From an uncultured Woeseiaceae bacterium (GTDB taxonomy: Bacteria; Pseudomonadota; Gammaproteobacteria; Steroidobacterales; Woeseiaceae), in contig CAXYCT010000017.1 of the NCBI GenBank assembly GCA_964275745.1, forward strand, positions 34,171 through 98,170: a DNA stretch of 64,000 bases, read 5' to 3'. A model generated the notes under the pieces. That model made no database searches and was not told the origin of the DNA. It saw only the letters and a list, made by a program, of their open reading frames with translations. Below, one piece after another: positions 9,930 to 20,730 of this stretch. A program made the position numbers and the translations under genes. Numbering within the stretch: position 1 is the first letter of the stretch; each line of letters begins with the position of its first letter.

Positions 9930-11591
9930 TTAGATCCAAAATGAGAAATATATATAAATAGCTATCACGAAACTAAGTATCAACCCAGTAGCAAAGATAT
10001 CTTTTCGATCCCAGCTTTCACGAATTACTTTTCTATCCAATGTTTGATAAGTCAGGCCTTGGATGTCATTTTGATTGGGAGCCGATGTCGAGTAAGAAGC
10101 TATACAAATAATAGCGCTACATATAACAAATAGTACACCTGAAAAATACAAGAAGTTAAAGTCACCTATGTAAGCAAGAAGTTCTGGGTTAGCTATTTTT
10201 TCTTTACCAAAAAATGCTTGTATAACCAGTTTCATCATACCTAATAGAAACCCAAGTGAAAGACCCCAGGTCGCTCCTTTGTTATTAATTCTACTGTTAA
10301 ATAATCCAAATAAAAAAACAGCAGTGATCGGAGGAGCAAGATAACTTTGGACGCTTTGTAAGTATTGATATAAACCACCTTTTGATATCAGTGGCATGAT
10401 TGGAATCCATAATAATCCAAGGATAACGACGATTAATGTCGCTATACGTCCGACTTGTATAAGTTTTTTATCGGTAGCGAAAGGTTTTAATTTTTTATAA
10501 ACATCAAATGTGAATAATGTTGCTGTGGAATTAAATAAAGACGATAGTGAACTCATCAGTGCGGCAAGCATACCAGCGACTACAAGTCCACGAAGCCCTT
10601 CAGGTAATAAACTTGCAACCATAGCAGGAAAAACCTGATCACCCATAATGTCGCCATTGTTATCTGTGGAGATTAAGATTAATTCTTTTTCGAAAAGAGC
10701 GGCTCCAATGAGACCTGGAATTAAAAATATTAAAACTGGCCATACTTTCAGGAAGGCGCCCCATAGCGCACCTCTTCTTGCGGTTTTTAGATCTTTTGCA
10801 GCCAGTGTTCGTTGAACAATATATTGATCTGTGCACCAATACCAAATTCCAACAATTGGGGAAGCGATTAATATACCTAACCAAGGAAAATCAGGGTCTG
10901 ATAGAGGCCGCCAAAGAGCATACTGAGCTACATTCTCGCTAGCAAATAATTGTAATTCATTAAATCCACCTAGTTTTTCGAGGCCATAGTAAGTAATGGC
11001 ACAGGACCCAATAATCAGAATAATTGCTTGTAAAGAGTCCGTGAATAAAACTGCACGAAGGCCACCAGCTACGGTATAAATTCCAGTTAATGTGACAGTT
11101 GCAATTGCACCTATCCAGAATGCATTTTCTGGAGATCCAAAGGTGTCTGGTAGTAATGTTTCAAATACTAAAGCGCCAGCATAAACTGTTACTGAAACTT
11201 TCGTTAATACATAAGCGATTAAAGAGACAATTGATAAGATCCAACGCGGTTCTTTACCAAAGCGTTTCTCTAGGAATTCTGGCATGGTGAATACTTTTGA
11301 CTGGTAGTAAAAAGGCACAAAAACCCATGCTAACAATACAACAATCCATGCATGTAGTTCATAATGTGCCATTGCTAGTCCGCTAGATGCGCCTTGTCCA
11401 GCCAATCCAACAATGTGCTCTGATCCAATATTAGATGCAAAAATAGACGCACCAATAGCGAAGAAACCCACATTTCTTCCTGCTAGAAAATAATCAGTAG
11501 ATGTTTTTTGATTTCGGCTAGCATAGTAAACAATACTTATAAGTATAAAAAAGTATAAGCCTATAATCATCCAGTCAAAAGTTGATAACAT
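9930..11591 (-). CDS. Sodium:solute symporter (SSF family, SGLT-like Na+/sugar cotransporter)
   Basis: 553 aa and polytopic. It carries the SSF pattern ...YFLAGRNVGFF...GGLRAVLFTDSLQA... and lies divergent from glucokinase. Confidence 0.8.
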   Translation of the reverse strand: MLSTFDWMIIGLYFFILISIVYYASRNQKTSTDYFLAGRNVGFFAIGASIFASNIGSEHIVGLAGQGASSGLAMAHYELHAWIVVLLAWVFVPFYYQSKVFTMPEFLEKRFGKEPRWILSIVSLIAYVLTKVSVTVYAGALVFETLLPDTFGSPENAFWIGAIATVTLTGIYTVAGGLRAVLFTDSLQAIILIIGSCAITYYGLEKLGGFNELQLFASENVAQYALWRPLSDPDFPWLGILIASPIVGIWYWCTDQYIVQRTLAAKDLKTARRGALWGAFLKVWPVLIFLIPGLIGAALFEKELILISTDNNGDIMGDQVFPAMVASLLPEGLRGLVVAGMLAALMSSLSSLFNSTATLFTFDVYKKLKPFATDKKLIQVGRIATLIVVILGLLWIPIMPLISKGGLYQYLQSVQSYLAPPITAVFLFGLFNSRINNKGATWGLSLGFLLGMMKLVIQAFFGKEKIANPELLAYIGDFNFLYFSGVLFVICSAIICIASYSTSAPNQNDIQGLTYQTLDRKVIRESWDRKDIFATGLILSFVIAIYIYFSFWI

Positions 11592-11711
11592 GTCGTTATA
11601 TTTTCCTTTTATAAAAAACGATTGATATAGTTGGAGAGTGAATCTAGTCGACAGTAAACTTTAGCATTTTTTTTTGAGAAATAAGTAGATGATTGAATGG
11701 GCAATTAAGAT

Positions 11712-12689
11712 ATGAAAAAGACAATCACGTTACTTGGAGATATTGGCGGCACTAATGCACGTTTTGCAATCATAGCAACTGGTGATAATGCTTATTCTAA
11801 CTTCAAGAAACTCCGTTGTGATGACTTTAAAACACTGATTGATGCAATTATCTGTTATTTGAAAGATATTGAAGTAGAAAATATCGAAAGTATATGCATA
11901 GCTATTGCTGCACCAATTTATGAAAAAAAAATAAAAATTGTTAATAATCATTGGTTTGTAGATGAAGATGAACTCTATAAGGTCTTTAATGTTAGCAGTA
12001 TAAATATAATAAATGATTTTGCAGCGATTGCTCATGCGATTGATTCAATTGATAAGTCACATTATCTGGATTTGGGTTCTCAAGAGCCAATAAACATTAA
12101 AAAATTGCAATACAATATTGGTATTGTTGGACCAGGAACAGGGCTGGGGAGCTCGGGTTTAAGAAAACTATCAAATAGACCGATTACTTATGCTGCAGAA
12201 TTGGGTCATGTTGGCTTTGCGCCTCAAAACGAGCTACAAATAGAATTAGTTAAAGTTTTAAAAACCAAATACGACAGAGTTGTAAACGAAACATTCGTTT
12301 CTGGACCAGGTTTGAAAAATATATTTTGGGCTTTGCATGAAATTAAAAGTAAATATTATTCTGAATACTCATCAGAGGAAATTTTTAATCAAATTAATAA
12401 CAATAATCTGGCAAAACAAAGCACAGAAATATTTTTTGAGATGCTTGGGCAAGTCGCTGGTGATTTCGCTCTTGCAATTGGGGCCTTCGATGGTGTTCTG
12501 ATTGCTGGTGATTTGGTTAATAATCACGCTAAACTAATAAAAGAAAGCCAATTTAGATTTGGCTTTGAGAATAAAGATAGTTATCGTGGCTTGATGCAAA
12601 AGATACCCACTTTATTGATTGATGTTTCAGAGGTTGGTTTGTTGGGTATTTATGAATTTCATAAGGCAAAAAAAGTTGAGTGTAATTAA
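11712..12689 (+). CDS. glk: Glucokinase
   Basis: The N-terminal LLGDIGGTNARFAI and GPGTGLG, ELGHVGFAP motifs are characteristic of bacterial Glk. Confidence 0.85.
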   Translation: MKKTITLLGDIGGTNARFAIIATGDNAYSNFKKLRCDDFKTLIDAIICYLKDIEVENIESICIAIAAPIYEKKIKIVNNHWFVDEDELYKVFNVSSINIINDFAAIAHAIDSIDKSHYLDLGSQEPINIKKLQYNIGIVGPGTGLGSSGLRKLSNRPITYAAELGHVGFAPQNELQIELVKVLKTKYDRVVNETFVSGPGLKNIFWALHEIKSKYYSEYSSEEIFNQINNNNLAKQSTEIFFEMLGQVAGDFALAIGAFDGVLIAGDLVNNHAKLIKESQFRFGFENKDSYRGLMQKIPTLLIDVSEVGLLGIYEFHKAKKVECN

Positions 12690-12694
12690 GTTAT

Positions 12695-14251
12695 ATGCAG
12701 ATAATCTTTAGATTTATAATCTTTTCTCTAGTCTTTTTATTTATAGCTTCTTGTGTGAATAAATCATCAAAAGAAATTTCATTTATTGAATTGACGATCT
12801 CTGATATCCAAGAGGCGCTGTTATCCAAAAAGGTCAGTTGCAGAGGTTTGGTGGAGGGTTATCTTAAGCGCATAACAACTTATGATAAAAGCAAAGGAAT
12901 TAATGCTATCACCGTAATTAATTCAAAGGCACTTATTAAAGCTGATCATATCGACCAATTAATAAGTAATGGTGAACAACTGCCTGAATTATTTTGTGTG
13001 CCAATTCTAGTTAAAGATAACTTCGATACTCATGACATGGTAACTACTGGCGGCTCTAAAACACTTTTGGATAATTTTCCTCCTGATGACGCTTTTATGG
13101 TTCGAAAACTTCGTGAAGCAGGTGCGATCATTATTGGTAAAACTAATATGGCAGAATGGGCATTTAGCCCGAGAGAAACTGTCTCTTCATCATTTGGTAG
13201 GACTGCAAATGCTTATAATATTAATTATGTCCCAGCAGGCTCATCAGGAGGGACTGCTTCTGCAGTAGCCGCTAATTTTGCTGCTGCTGGGTTGGGAAGT
13301 GATACTGGAAACTCTATAAGGGGCCCTGCATCACATCTGGCTTTATTTGGAATACGCTCGACAATTGGGCTTACGAGTCGTGACGGAATTATTCCACTCA
13401 TATTTGATCGTGATATAGCTGGCCCACTGACGAGAACAGTTGAGGATGGTGCACGAATATTTAATGTAGTCGCTGGCTATGATTCTGCTGATTCGTTAAC
13501 TATCGCTAATATGAGAGAAGAAAATTATTCAGATTTTCTCAATATTGACGGATTATCTGGAAAGCGTATTGGTATTCTGCGGGCATTAGTGGATCAAGAG
13601 GGTGCTGATGAGGAAATTAAATCTATATTTGCTCAAGCAATACAGGATATGGAGTCTGCTGGTGCAGTTATCGTTGATAATATTAAAATTAGTCGATTTG
13701 CAGAATTACAAAATGAAATTAAATCTTGTGCGAGTTTTCGTTATGACCTGAAGCGTTACCTGAAAACACTAAATTTACCACCATTTCTAGATGTAAAAAG
13801 TTTGCTTGATTCTGGGGAATACGTGGCTGCATCTAAGAATGGTCTGGAGTTTTTTTCACAATTTCCATTAGATTTAAGCCCAGAAGAAAGACCCAATAGT
13901 TGTCAATTATGGCCAAATAATTCTCTTCGTAATGAGCTACTTACTAATACTATCTCAGTTATGGATTCTGCAAATATAGATGTTTTAGTGTATCCGACTT
14001 GGTCTAATCCACCAGCATTGATCGATCAAGCTTCTGAGCAATATAAAGGTGATAATAATCAATTTCTTTCTCCAAGTGCTGGTCTTCCAGCAGTTACTAT
14101 TCCAATGGGTTTTTGGGAGAATAAATTACCTGCTGGATTACAAATACTGGGAAGGCCATATTCAGAAGGATTATTAATAGAAATTGCTTATTCTTACGAG
14201 CAGCTGACTCAGCAACGTCGTCCTCCAGACGGGTTATATTCTATTCCTTAA
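12695..14251 (+). CDS. Amidase (amidase-signature family), probable lipoprotein
   Basis: Lipobox LFIASC; AS-family motifs GGSSGG-type (PAGSSGGTASAVAA) and GSDTGNSIRGPAS. Confidence 0.8.
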   Translation: MQIIFRFIIFSLVFLFIASCVNKSSKEISFIELTISDIQEALLSKKVSCRGLVEGYLKRITTYDKSKGINAITVINSKALIKADHIDQLISNGEQLPELFCVPILVKDNFDTHDMVTTGGSKTLLDNFPPDDAFMVRKLREAGAIIIGKTNMAEWAFSPRETVSSSFGRTANAYNINYVPAGSSGGTASAVAANFAAAGLGSDTGNSIRGPASHLALFGIRSTIGLTSRDGIIPLIFDRDIAGPLTRTVEDGARIFNVVAGYDSADSLTIANMREENYSDFLNIDGLSGKRIGILRALVDQEGADEEIKSIFAQAIQDMESAGAVIVDNIKISRFAELQNEIKSCASFRYDLKRYLKTLNLPPFLDVKSLLDSGEYVAASKNGLEFFSQFPLDLSPEERPNSCQLWPNNSLRNELLTNTISVMDSANIDVLVYPTWSNPPALIDQASEQYKGDNNQFLSPSAGLPAVTIPMGFWENKLPAGLQILGRPYSEGLLIEIAYSYEQLTQQRRPPDGLYSIP

Positions 14252-14259
14252 CGTATAGA

Positions 14260-15996
14260 TTATTTAGCCATCAGTGATACTTTAAACACTCTTGAGTCAC
14301 CACGATCACGCGGGTCTGATGCAGCAATCCAAGATTTATTGTCTTTCATAATTACCTGCACATCACCAAAATCATAACTATGTGGCACAGTTTTATAACC
14401 ATAATCACCCAGTCTAGCAATAACTTCTTTTGGCAAAGGATTGTTTATTGTGAAGCCATTATAAGTAATTTCATCTTCTGGTAATAACTGATGATGAAAT
14501 CTCGTGGCTTTAACTGCCTCATAGGGGCTCATTTTAAAATCAATAATATTCGTAATAACTTGAAAAACACTGGTAAAGATAGTGGAGCCACCTGGAGTAC
14601 CAAGAACCATCTCAACTTTATTGTTCTTTAATATGATTGTTGGCGACATGGAGGAGAGCATTCGCTTCTCGGGCTGTATCTCATTTGCTATATTTCCTAC
14701 GACACCAAATATATTAGGAACGCCAGGTTTAGCACTAAAATCATCCATTTCATTATTCAAAAGAAATCCGGCACCTTCAACAACCACTCCACTGCCATAG
14801 TTCCAGTTGATAGTGTAAGTATTCGATACGGCATTACCCCACTGATCAACGATAGAATAGTGAGTTGTATTAGGTGATTCTATACCAGGACTTACTCCTT
14901 CGAGTGATGAGATACTTTCTGGATTTACTTCCAGAGCACGGCTTGCAATATAATCATCACTTATTAAGGTTGTTATATTAGTGTCAAAAAAGTCAGGATC
15001 ACCAAGATATTCAGCTCGATCAGCAAAAACTCTTTTTTCCATTTCCGCCACCAGATGAATGTATTGAGGCGAATTATGGCCTATGCCATCAAAATGATGC
15101 TTGAGAGAATCTTTCATTTTCAATAATTGAATTACTGCAAAGCCTCCAGAGCTTGGTGGTGGTGAAGAGATGATTTCATATTCACGCCATTTTGCTCTTA
15201 GTGGTTCACGCCATTTCGCTTCATATTTCTCAAGATCCATTTTTGTAATTAAACCATTACTTTTGAGCATTTGTTTTACGATGAGATCAGCTGTTTCACC
15301 ACGATAAAAATCGTCTGCACCAAATTTAGCAATACGTTTAAGGGTTTGAGCGAGCTCTGGTTGCTTGAAATTTTCTTTTACTTTGATGGAGCTAAAGTAA
15401 GTTTTGAAATTTGTTTTATCACCAAACCAATTTAATGAGTTATAAATATCATCCACTAATATTTTTGCTGGCAGAAAACCATCTTCTGCAAGAGATATGG
15501 CTGGTTCAATTAAGTCTTTCCAAGGAAGCTTGCCAAAACGCTGGTGCGCACTCCAAAATCCTGCAACGGTTCCAGGAACACCAACAGCTTGACCGCCAAT
15601 TAATGTTGAGTTTTCAATTACATTGCCATTAAGATCTAGATACATATCTTTATGAGCGGCTAAAGGTGCCTTTTCACGATAATCTAAAAACGCAATTTCA
15701 TTATCCATTTTAATTGTCATGAAACCACCACCACCAATATTTCCAGCATCAATAAATGTTACCGCCAAAGAGAATCCTGCCGCAATGGCAGCATCTACAG
15801 CATTACCTCCTTGATTTAGTATATCTTGACTAATTTTAGCCCCATATTGATCTGGAATAGCAATTGCTGCAATAGCATGAGTTTTAGATTGAGTATTCTC
15901 TTGTGAGCTTATCTGGATTTCTTGATTGATTTTTTCGCTGCATCCATACAGTAGAAAAATAAATACAAACCAAGTGAGATTTTTTTTAATATTCAT
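14260..15996 (-). CDS. ggt: Gamma-glutamyltransferase
   Basis: Signal/lipobox LLYGC, GGGGFM, the autoprocessing/catalytic Thr context PNTTHYSIVD, and TPGGSTI. Confidence 0.9.
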   Translation of the reverse strand: MNIKKNLTWFVFIFLLYGCSEKINQEIQISSQENTQSKTHAIAAIAIPDQYGAKISQDILNQGGNAVDAAIAAGFSLAVTFIDAGNIGGGGFMTIKMDNEIAFLDYREKAPLAAHKDMYLDLNGNVIENSTLIGGQAVGVPGTVAGFWSAHQRFGKLPWKDLIEPAISLAEDGFLPAKILVDDIYNSLNWFGDKTNFKTYFSSIKVKENFKQPELAQTLKRIAKFGADDFYRGETADLIVKQMLKSNGLITKMDLEKYEAKWREPLRAKWREYEIISSPPPSSGGFAVIQLLKMKDSLKHHFDGIGHNSPQYIHLVAEMEKRVFADRAEYLGDPDFFDTNITTLISDDYIASRALEVNPESISSLEGVSPGIESPNTTHYSIVDQWGNAVSNTYTINWNYGSGVVVEGAGFLLNNEMDDFSAKPGVPNIFGVVGNIANEIQPEKRMLSSMSPTIILKNNKVEMVLGTPGGSTIFTSVFQVITNIIDFKMSPYEAVKATRFHHQLLPEDEITYNGFTINNPLPKEVIARLGDYGYKTVPHSYDFGDVQVIMKDNKSWIAASDPRDRGDSRVFKVSLMAK

Positions 15997-16030
15997 TGCT
16001 ATTCACCCAAACTTTAATAATTATATTGTT

Positions 16031-17518
16031 CTATAGAGATATCCATGCAGTTTTTAAGTCGGTGTATTTCTCTAGTGCATGAAGAGATCTATCATGACCA
16101 TTTCCTGATTGTTTCACCCCTCCTAATGGAACGGTTAAATCAGCACCACCATAACAATTAACATGGACAACACCGGCGCGAATTGATCTAACCATCCTGT
16201 GAGCTTTACTGAGGTCAGCTGTCCAAACAGCTGCAGCTAAGCCATAAACGGTTGCATTTGCGATCTTTACTGCTTCAGCTTCATCCTTGCAAGTCAGAAT
16301 ACTTAAGACTGGACCAAAAACTTCTTCCTGAGCTATTTTCATATTATTATTAATGCTGGTGAATACTGTCGGCTCCATATAAAAACCGCCTAATTCTTGA
16401 TTTATTTGCTTGCCACCAGATTTAAGAATGGCACCTTCTGTTATAGCGCTTTTCACATAATTTAGATTTTTATTAAGTTGGTCTTGAGACGCAATTGCAC
16501 CTATATTGGAAGTTAGATTCAAAGGATCCCCGACAATAAGTTTTTTGGATTCACTTATAAGCTTTTCCGTAAATTCATCAGCAATAGATTCTTCAATAAT
16601 TAACCTTGATCCCGCAACACAAACTTGCCCTGAATTTCTGAAGATACCTCCCAAGCTATGTGTTACTGCCTTATCTATATCTTTGGTATCAGCAAATACA
16701 ATATTCGGTGATTTACCACCTAGCTCGAGATAAACTCTTTTTAAGTTAGAGCGGGCTGAGTACTCAAGAATTTTTCTCCCCACTTCGCCCGAGCCAGTGA
16801 AAGCTATGACATCCACATCCATATGCATAGCAAGCGCTTTCCCAGTAATTTCTCCATCTCCAGTTATTACATTGAAAACCCCATCAGGAATACCTGCTTC
16901 AGCAGCAAGTTCTGCTATTCTTAACAATGATAAAGATGCACTTTCAGCGGGTTTAATTACAACGGAGTTACCCGCACACAGTGCTGGACCAAACTTCCAG
17001 GAAGCTATCATTAAGGGGAAATTCCAAGGAATAATGGCACCAATTACACCTATTGGTTCACGGTGAATTAATCCTAGGATATTTTCTGAAGTTGGAGCAA
17101 TTTCACCGTACATTTTATCTATAGTCTCTGCATAGTAACGGATACATGCGGCAGCACTTGATGGTTCAGCCATAATAGCCATATTGATTTCAGTGCCATT
17201 ATCTCTAACACCCAGCACAGCGAGCTCTATTGCATTTAATTCAATTAGTTCGGCAAACTTATTAAGCACTTTTTTTCGTTCTTGAGGCGCTGCTTTTGAC
17301 CAAGACCCACTTTCGAACGATTTTCTTGCCGTTATTACAGCTTTATCGACATCATCTAAGTTTGCATTTGCAATCGAAGTTAAAATTTTTCCATCTATCG
17401 GGCTTATAACCTCAATAGTCTCTGCTGATTGAGCTGGCATCTGTTTACTACCAATAAATAAATTCTGAGCTTTAATCTTTTTATTTCTTAGGGCATCGAT
17501 GTCTTCTTGTTTAATCAT
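16031..17518 (-). CDS. NAD-dependent aldehyde dehydrogenase, PuuC-like
   Basis: The catalytic Glu (YLELGGKSP) and Cys (GQVCVAGSR) are present. The C-terminus KQSGNGHDRSLHALEKYTDLKTAWISL closely follows the E. coli PuuC pattern as I recall it. Confidence 0.85.
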   Translation of the reverse strand: MIKQEDIDALRNKKIKAQNLFIGSKQMPAQSAETIEVISPIDGKILTSIANANLDDVDKAVITARKSFESGSWSKAAPQERKKVLNKFAELIELNAIELAVLGVRDNGTEINMAIMAEPSSAAACIRYYAETIDKMYGEIAPTSENILGLIHREPIGVIGAIIPWNFPLMIASWKFGPALCAGNSVVIKPAESASLSLLRIAELAAEAGIPDGVFNVITGDGEITGKALAMHMDVDVIAFTGSGEVGRKILEYSARSNLKRVYLELGGKSPNIVFADTKDIDKAVTHSLGGIFRNSGQVCVAGSRLIIEESIADEFTEKLISESKKLIVGDPLNLTSNIGAIASQDQLNKNLNYVKSAITEGAILKSGGKQINQELGGFYMEPTVFTSINNNMKIAQEEVFGPVLSILTCKDEAEAVKIANATVYGLAAAVWTADLSKAHRMVRSIRAGVVHVNCYGGADLTVPLGGVKQSGNGHDRSLHALEKYTDLKTAWISL

Positions 17519-17581
17519 ATTTGATCTCTTTTTTTATAAAATGAGTAATTGTTTGATTCAAGAAACTTAAATTATGAGCTT

Positions 17582-18031
17582 CTAGTGACAGGCTTTTCCA
17601 TATTTTTTTAATCGGAAGTAGTTATAAGGAAGTGGCGTCAAGAAACCAGCAACCAGCATTGGTATTACTGTATATAGGGTAATTTTAGCTTGTCCGCCCG
17701 TCATTATATAATCGACAGCATTCATCGCCACTTCCATAGATATCATAGATATTAATGACATTCCAATAGCAGTTTTGAAAGCTATTTTAAGGATCATTTG
17801 TCTTGAGAGAATTATTGTTTCTAAGATGATTGAAGTAATCAGGCCATTCATGATAGCGAGCAACATAATGCCCATAACTGGAAATAAAATACCTGAAAAT
17901 TGAAAAAATAATATTGTACCAAAATCACCAATTGAGCAGCCAATCAAACACCATGTAGTATTTATAGCCGCATTTCTCCATGTATGTTTACAGTTCCAGC
18001 TTATTCCTGGTTGTGGTATATTTTTTTCCAT
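17582..18031 (-). CDS. DUF4396-like integral membrane protein
   Basis: It has about 4 TM segments and a Cys-rich motif WCLIGCSIGDFG. The ORF extends to 18079, but the ATG at 18031 lies just after the upstream stop (18048-18050). Confidence 0.55.
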   Translation of the reverse strand: MEKNIPQPGISWNCKHTWRNAAINTTWCLIGCSIGDFGTILFFQFSGILFPVMGIMLLAIMNGLITSIILETIILSRQMILKIAFKTAIGMSLISMISMEVAMNAVDYIMTGGQAKITLYTVIPMLVAGFLTPLPYNYFRLKKYGKACH

Positions 18032-18047
18032 TAATTTTTTACCTAAT

Positions 18048-19178
18048 TTAGTCAATTTGCCTTCTTTGAGCTCTATCAAAATACATGTCTATTTTATCTT
18101 CATTATACATTTGTCGATAAAATGAATCGGGATCACATTCGTAGGGATAGATTACCGTATCAGGATTTCTAACCCATTTACGACGCCTAATAGGGGGTTT
18201 TTTATAATTATCTGGGTCAATAAGTGTGATCACTCCATATAAGCTGTTTCCATCTTCACTGAGAGTATATATTTCATTCATTTTTGCCTCTTCAGAAATA
18301 GGCTCACCTCTAAAATCTCTCACATTTCCCTCTAAGAGTTGTGTATCGATTATTAGATTATTACCGTCCCATCGACCATTAGAAAATCCCATTGATGAGG
18401 TCGGGTAATATTCTGGTGGATGACGACTATCCTTAAATATTCGTCTAACTTCACTATCGACCTCATATAAAAAACTATACTTATTTTCACTTTCTAGTAT
18501 TTCAAATGGATAAGCTCCCCAAGCAACCATCGCAACAATTCCTGGAGATACGCAGCGAACATTAGGTTGGTCATAGTGATCAAGATAATCTTTGTGCCAT
18601 AATTTGGCTTTATCGGTTAGGTCCATCGAGTATTTTCGAAAATCCATGCCAGGTGCTGGTGTCCAGATTCCAGTCATATCTTGTGGTGCAGGAGGTAGAC
18701 CTGTTTTTTTAGGGGTAACTCTAGTTGCAATCCAATCACCGCCTGGTTCTGGTAACTCAGTTGCCCCTTCAATGGTAAAGGTACCAGTCATTTCAGAATT
18801 CAGGAAGGTACCTGTAAGTCTTCGATTGAAAGAAAAACCAGCTAAATCCCTGCTATCAATAATAATTTCTATGAGATTATCATTGATTTTTACTGGCACA
18901 GGTCCTCCTTCGACATGCCCTAACCATTCCCCATTTAATTTTTTTATAGAGAATTGACCCATTATAGGTGCTTTATTGTCTGAGGGAGCACCAATTATTA
19001 TTGAATTATCAATTTGTGCTTTTTTACCATTAAGCACTATCATCCATTCTCCTTCGATAGGGCTTTTTGCGAGACTAATTGAGGACATTGTAAGAATAAA
19101 GAACAAGAAGTTAAATCCAAATATTGTTTTGAATTTTGTGTGCCCCCAATTATTCATTAGATTTATAAATTGATTCAT
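18048..19178 (-). CDS. Secreted hypothetical protein (376 aa)
   Basis: A long ORF with an N-terminal hydrophobic signal (FLFFILTMSSISLAKS). Its start overlaps the upstream stop by 1 nt. I recognise no family. Confidence 0.6.
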   Translation of the reverse strand: MNQFINLMNNWGHTKFKTIFGFNFLFFILTMSSISLAKSPIEGEWMIVLNGKKAQIDNSIIIGAPSDNKAPIMGQFSIKKLNGEWLGHVEGGPVPVKINDNLIEIIIDSRDLAGFSFNRRLTGTFLNSEMTGTFTIEGATELPEPGGDWIATRVTPKKTGLPPAPQDMTGIWTPAPGMDFRKYSMDLTDKAKLWHKDYLDHYDQPNVRCVSPGIVAMVAWGAYPFEILESENKYSFLYEVDSEVRRIFKDSRHPPEYYPTSSMGFSNGRWDGNNLIIDTQLLEGNVRDFRGEPISEEAKMNEIYTLSEDGNSLYGVITLIDPDNYKKPPIRRRKWVRNPDTVIYPYECDPDSFYRQMYNEDKIDMYFDRAQRRQID

Positions 19179-19585
19179 TATTTTTCACCCAATTCATTTA
19201 ATTCAGGATATTTTTTACCTAAGCTTGAGCCATCTGGTAATTTGATAGAGATTACCGATAAAAGTTTTCTGTTATCTCGACCAGGATGACCAAAGACACT
19301 GACTCTATCACCAACTTGTATAGTTTTTTTAGTCCATCCTTTTCTAACCAAAAGAGAAGGGCTGCTTGTTCTTATATCCCAGCTTTCCACTTTATTATCT
19401 TCATTAATTATATCGATGTAATAACGAACATGTGGATTTCGAAACCATATTTCAGTTATGACACCATTGATAGCTATCGTTTTTTCTGCCGTGAATTCAA
19501 CCGCAAATGAGTGGTGAGCATTAACTGAATTGAAGGCTAGAAAAATCAATGAGGTAATAATTAATTTTTTTACATAAATATGCAT
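19178..19585 (-). CDS. Small secreted protein with a His-His mature N-terminus (DUF6152-like)
   Basis: Signal peptide ...AFNSVNA followed by HHSFAVEF, then an RNPH motif. The ORF track starts at TTG 19597; ATG 19585 is preferred. The family name is from memory and unverified. Confidence 0.55.
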   Translation of the reverse strand: MHIYVKKLIITSLIFLAFNSVNAHHSFAVEFTAEKTIAINGVITEIWFRNPHVRYYIDIINEDNKVESWDIRTSSPSLLVRKGWTKKTIQVGDRVSVFGHPGRDNRKLLSVISIKLPDGSSLGKKYPELNELGEK

Positions 19586-19818
19586 AGTTGTTCTCAAGTA
19601 ATTGATCTGATCGATTATAATGTTAAATGATATTATTTGTTTACGCTATTGATGGCACCATTACCTTATAAACGGCCCTAAAGTATTTAGTGGTTATGTT
19701 ATATTCTCAAACAGTTTAGAAAATATCTATAAATTATCTTAACATTGAATTTTTAGGGCATTAAAGTAATGCAATTTAATTAAATATTATAAAATTAAAT
19801 AGAGGAGTCAAATAGAAG

Positions 19819-20730
19819 ATGAAAAAGATTATTGCATCCTTAATAGTATTCATACCGATATTTGTTTGGGGTGAATCTAATGAAAAAGAAATAAAGTTTT
19901 ATGTTGAAACAAGAATAGATCATGAAATTAAGAAAATGTCGGACGATTTTTTAAATTTAAGACCAATGCTTGGCTTTGACTTTCCTAAAATGTCATTGTC
20001 AGAAGCATATATTTGGCAAGGAGAGATGGCTAAATATCTTGGTGAGAGATATGGCAAGACTGTTGGTTACAAAACTGGAGGTCATAATGTAGGACCAACT
20101 TTTCCTACGTTTCCAGAGGGTGGTATACGTGGTTTAATTCTCGAAAAAATGTTGTTACCTAGTAATTCTAGTATTCGAGTCAACTCTACAGTTCGGGGTT
20201 TTTTGGAAGCAGACTTTGCTTTTCGAGTTAAGGATGATTCCATCAATATGGCTAAAAGTGAATTAGAATTATTGGCAGGGATAGATGCCATCATCCCATT
20301 CGCAGAAATACCTGATCCTTATTATGAGGAAGGAACCAGAACCATAAATGGAACAGTGGTATCAAATATGGGCAGCAGATTTTCTTTCCTAGGTGAACCT
20401 GTAATGATTGCACCAACAGAATCATGGGTAAATAAAATCAATAACTTTAGCTTTGCAGTTCATAATGAAGAAGGCACATTAATTGAGAGCGGTAAAATTA
20501 AAGGGTGGTATAAACCTCTCGAGGTAGTTAAATGGCTTCGAGATCATCTTATATCAAGTGGTATCAAACTAAAGGCAGGAGATATTTTGTCCTTAGGTAA
20601 TATTGGAATCATTAGACAATTACATCAAAATTCTCCAAGAGGTCCAGCTTATAAAAGTAATTCATTTATATTGAGCTATTTTGGTCTTAGTGATGAACCC
20701 ATGACCGTCACTATTAATATTGATCGATGA
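19819..20730 (+). CDS. 2-keto-4-pentenoate hydratase/FAH-fold family protein with a signal peptide
   Basis: VGYKTGG and LEADFAFRV resemble the MhpD/hydratase-decarboxylase motifs. The N-terminal hydrophobic leader is unusual for this family. Confidence 0.5.
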   Translation: MKKIIASLIVFIPIFVWGESNEKEIKFYVETRIDHEIKKMSDDFLNLRPMLGFDFPKMSLSEAYIWQGEMAKYLGERYGKTVGYKTGGHNVGPTFPTFPEGGIRGLILEKMLLPSNSSIRVNSTVRGFLEADFAFRVKDDSINMAKSELELLAGIDAIIPFAEIPDPYYEEGTRTINGTVVSNMGSRFSFLGEPVMIAPTESWVNKINNFSFAVHNEEGTLIESGKIKGWYKPLEVVKWLRDHLISSGIKLKAGDILSLGNIGIIRQLHQNSPRGPAYKSNSFILSYFGLSDEPMTVTINIDR

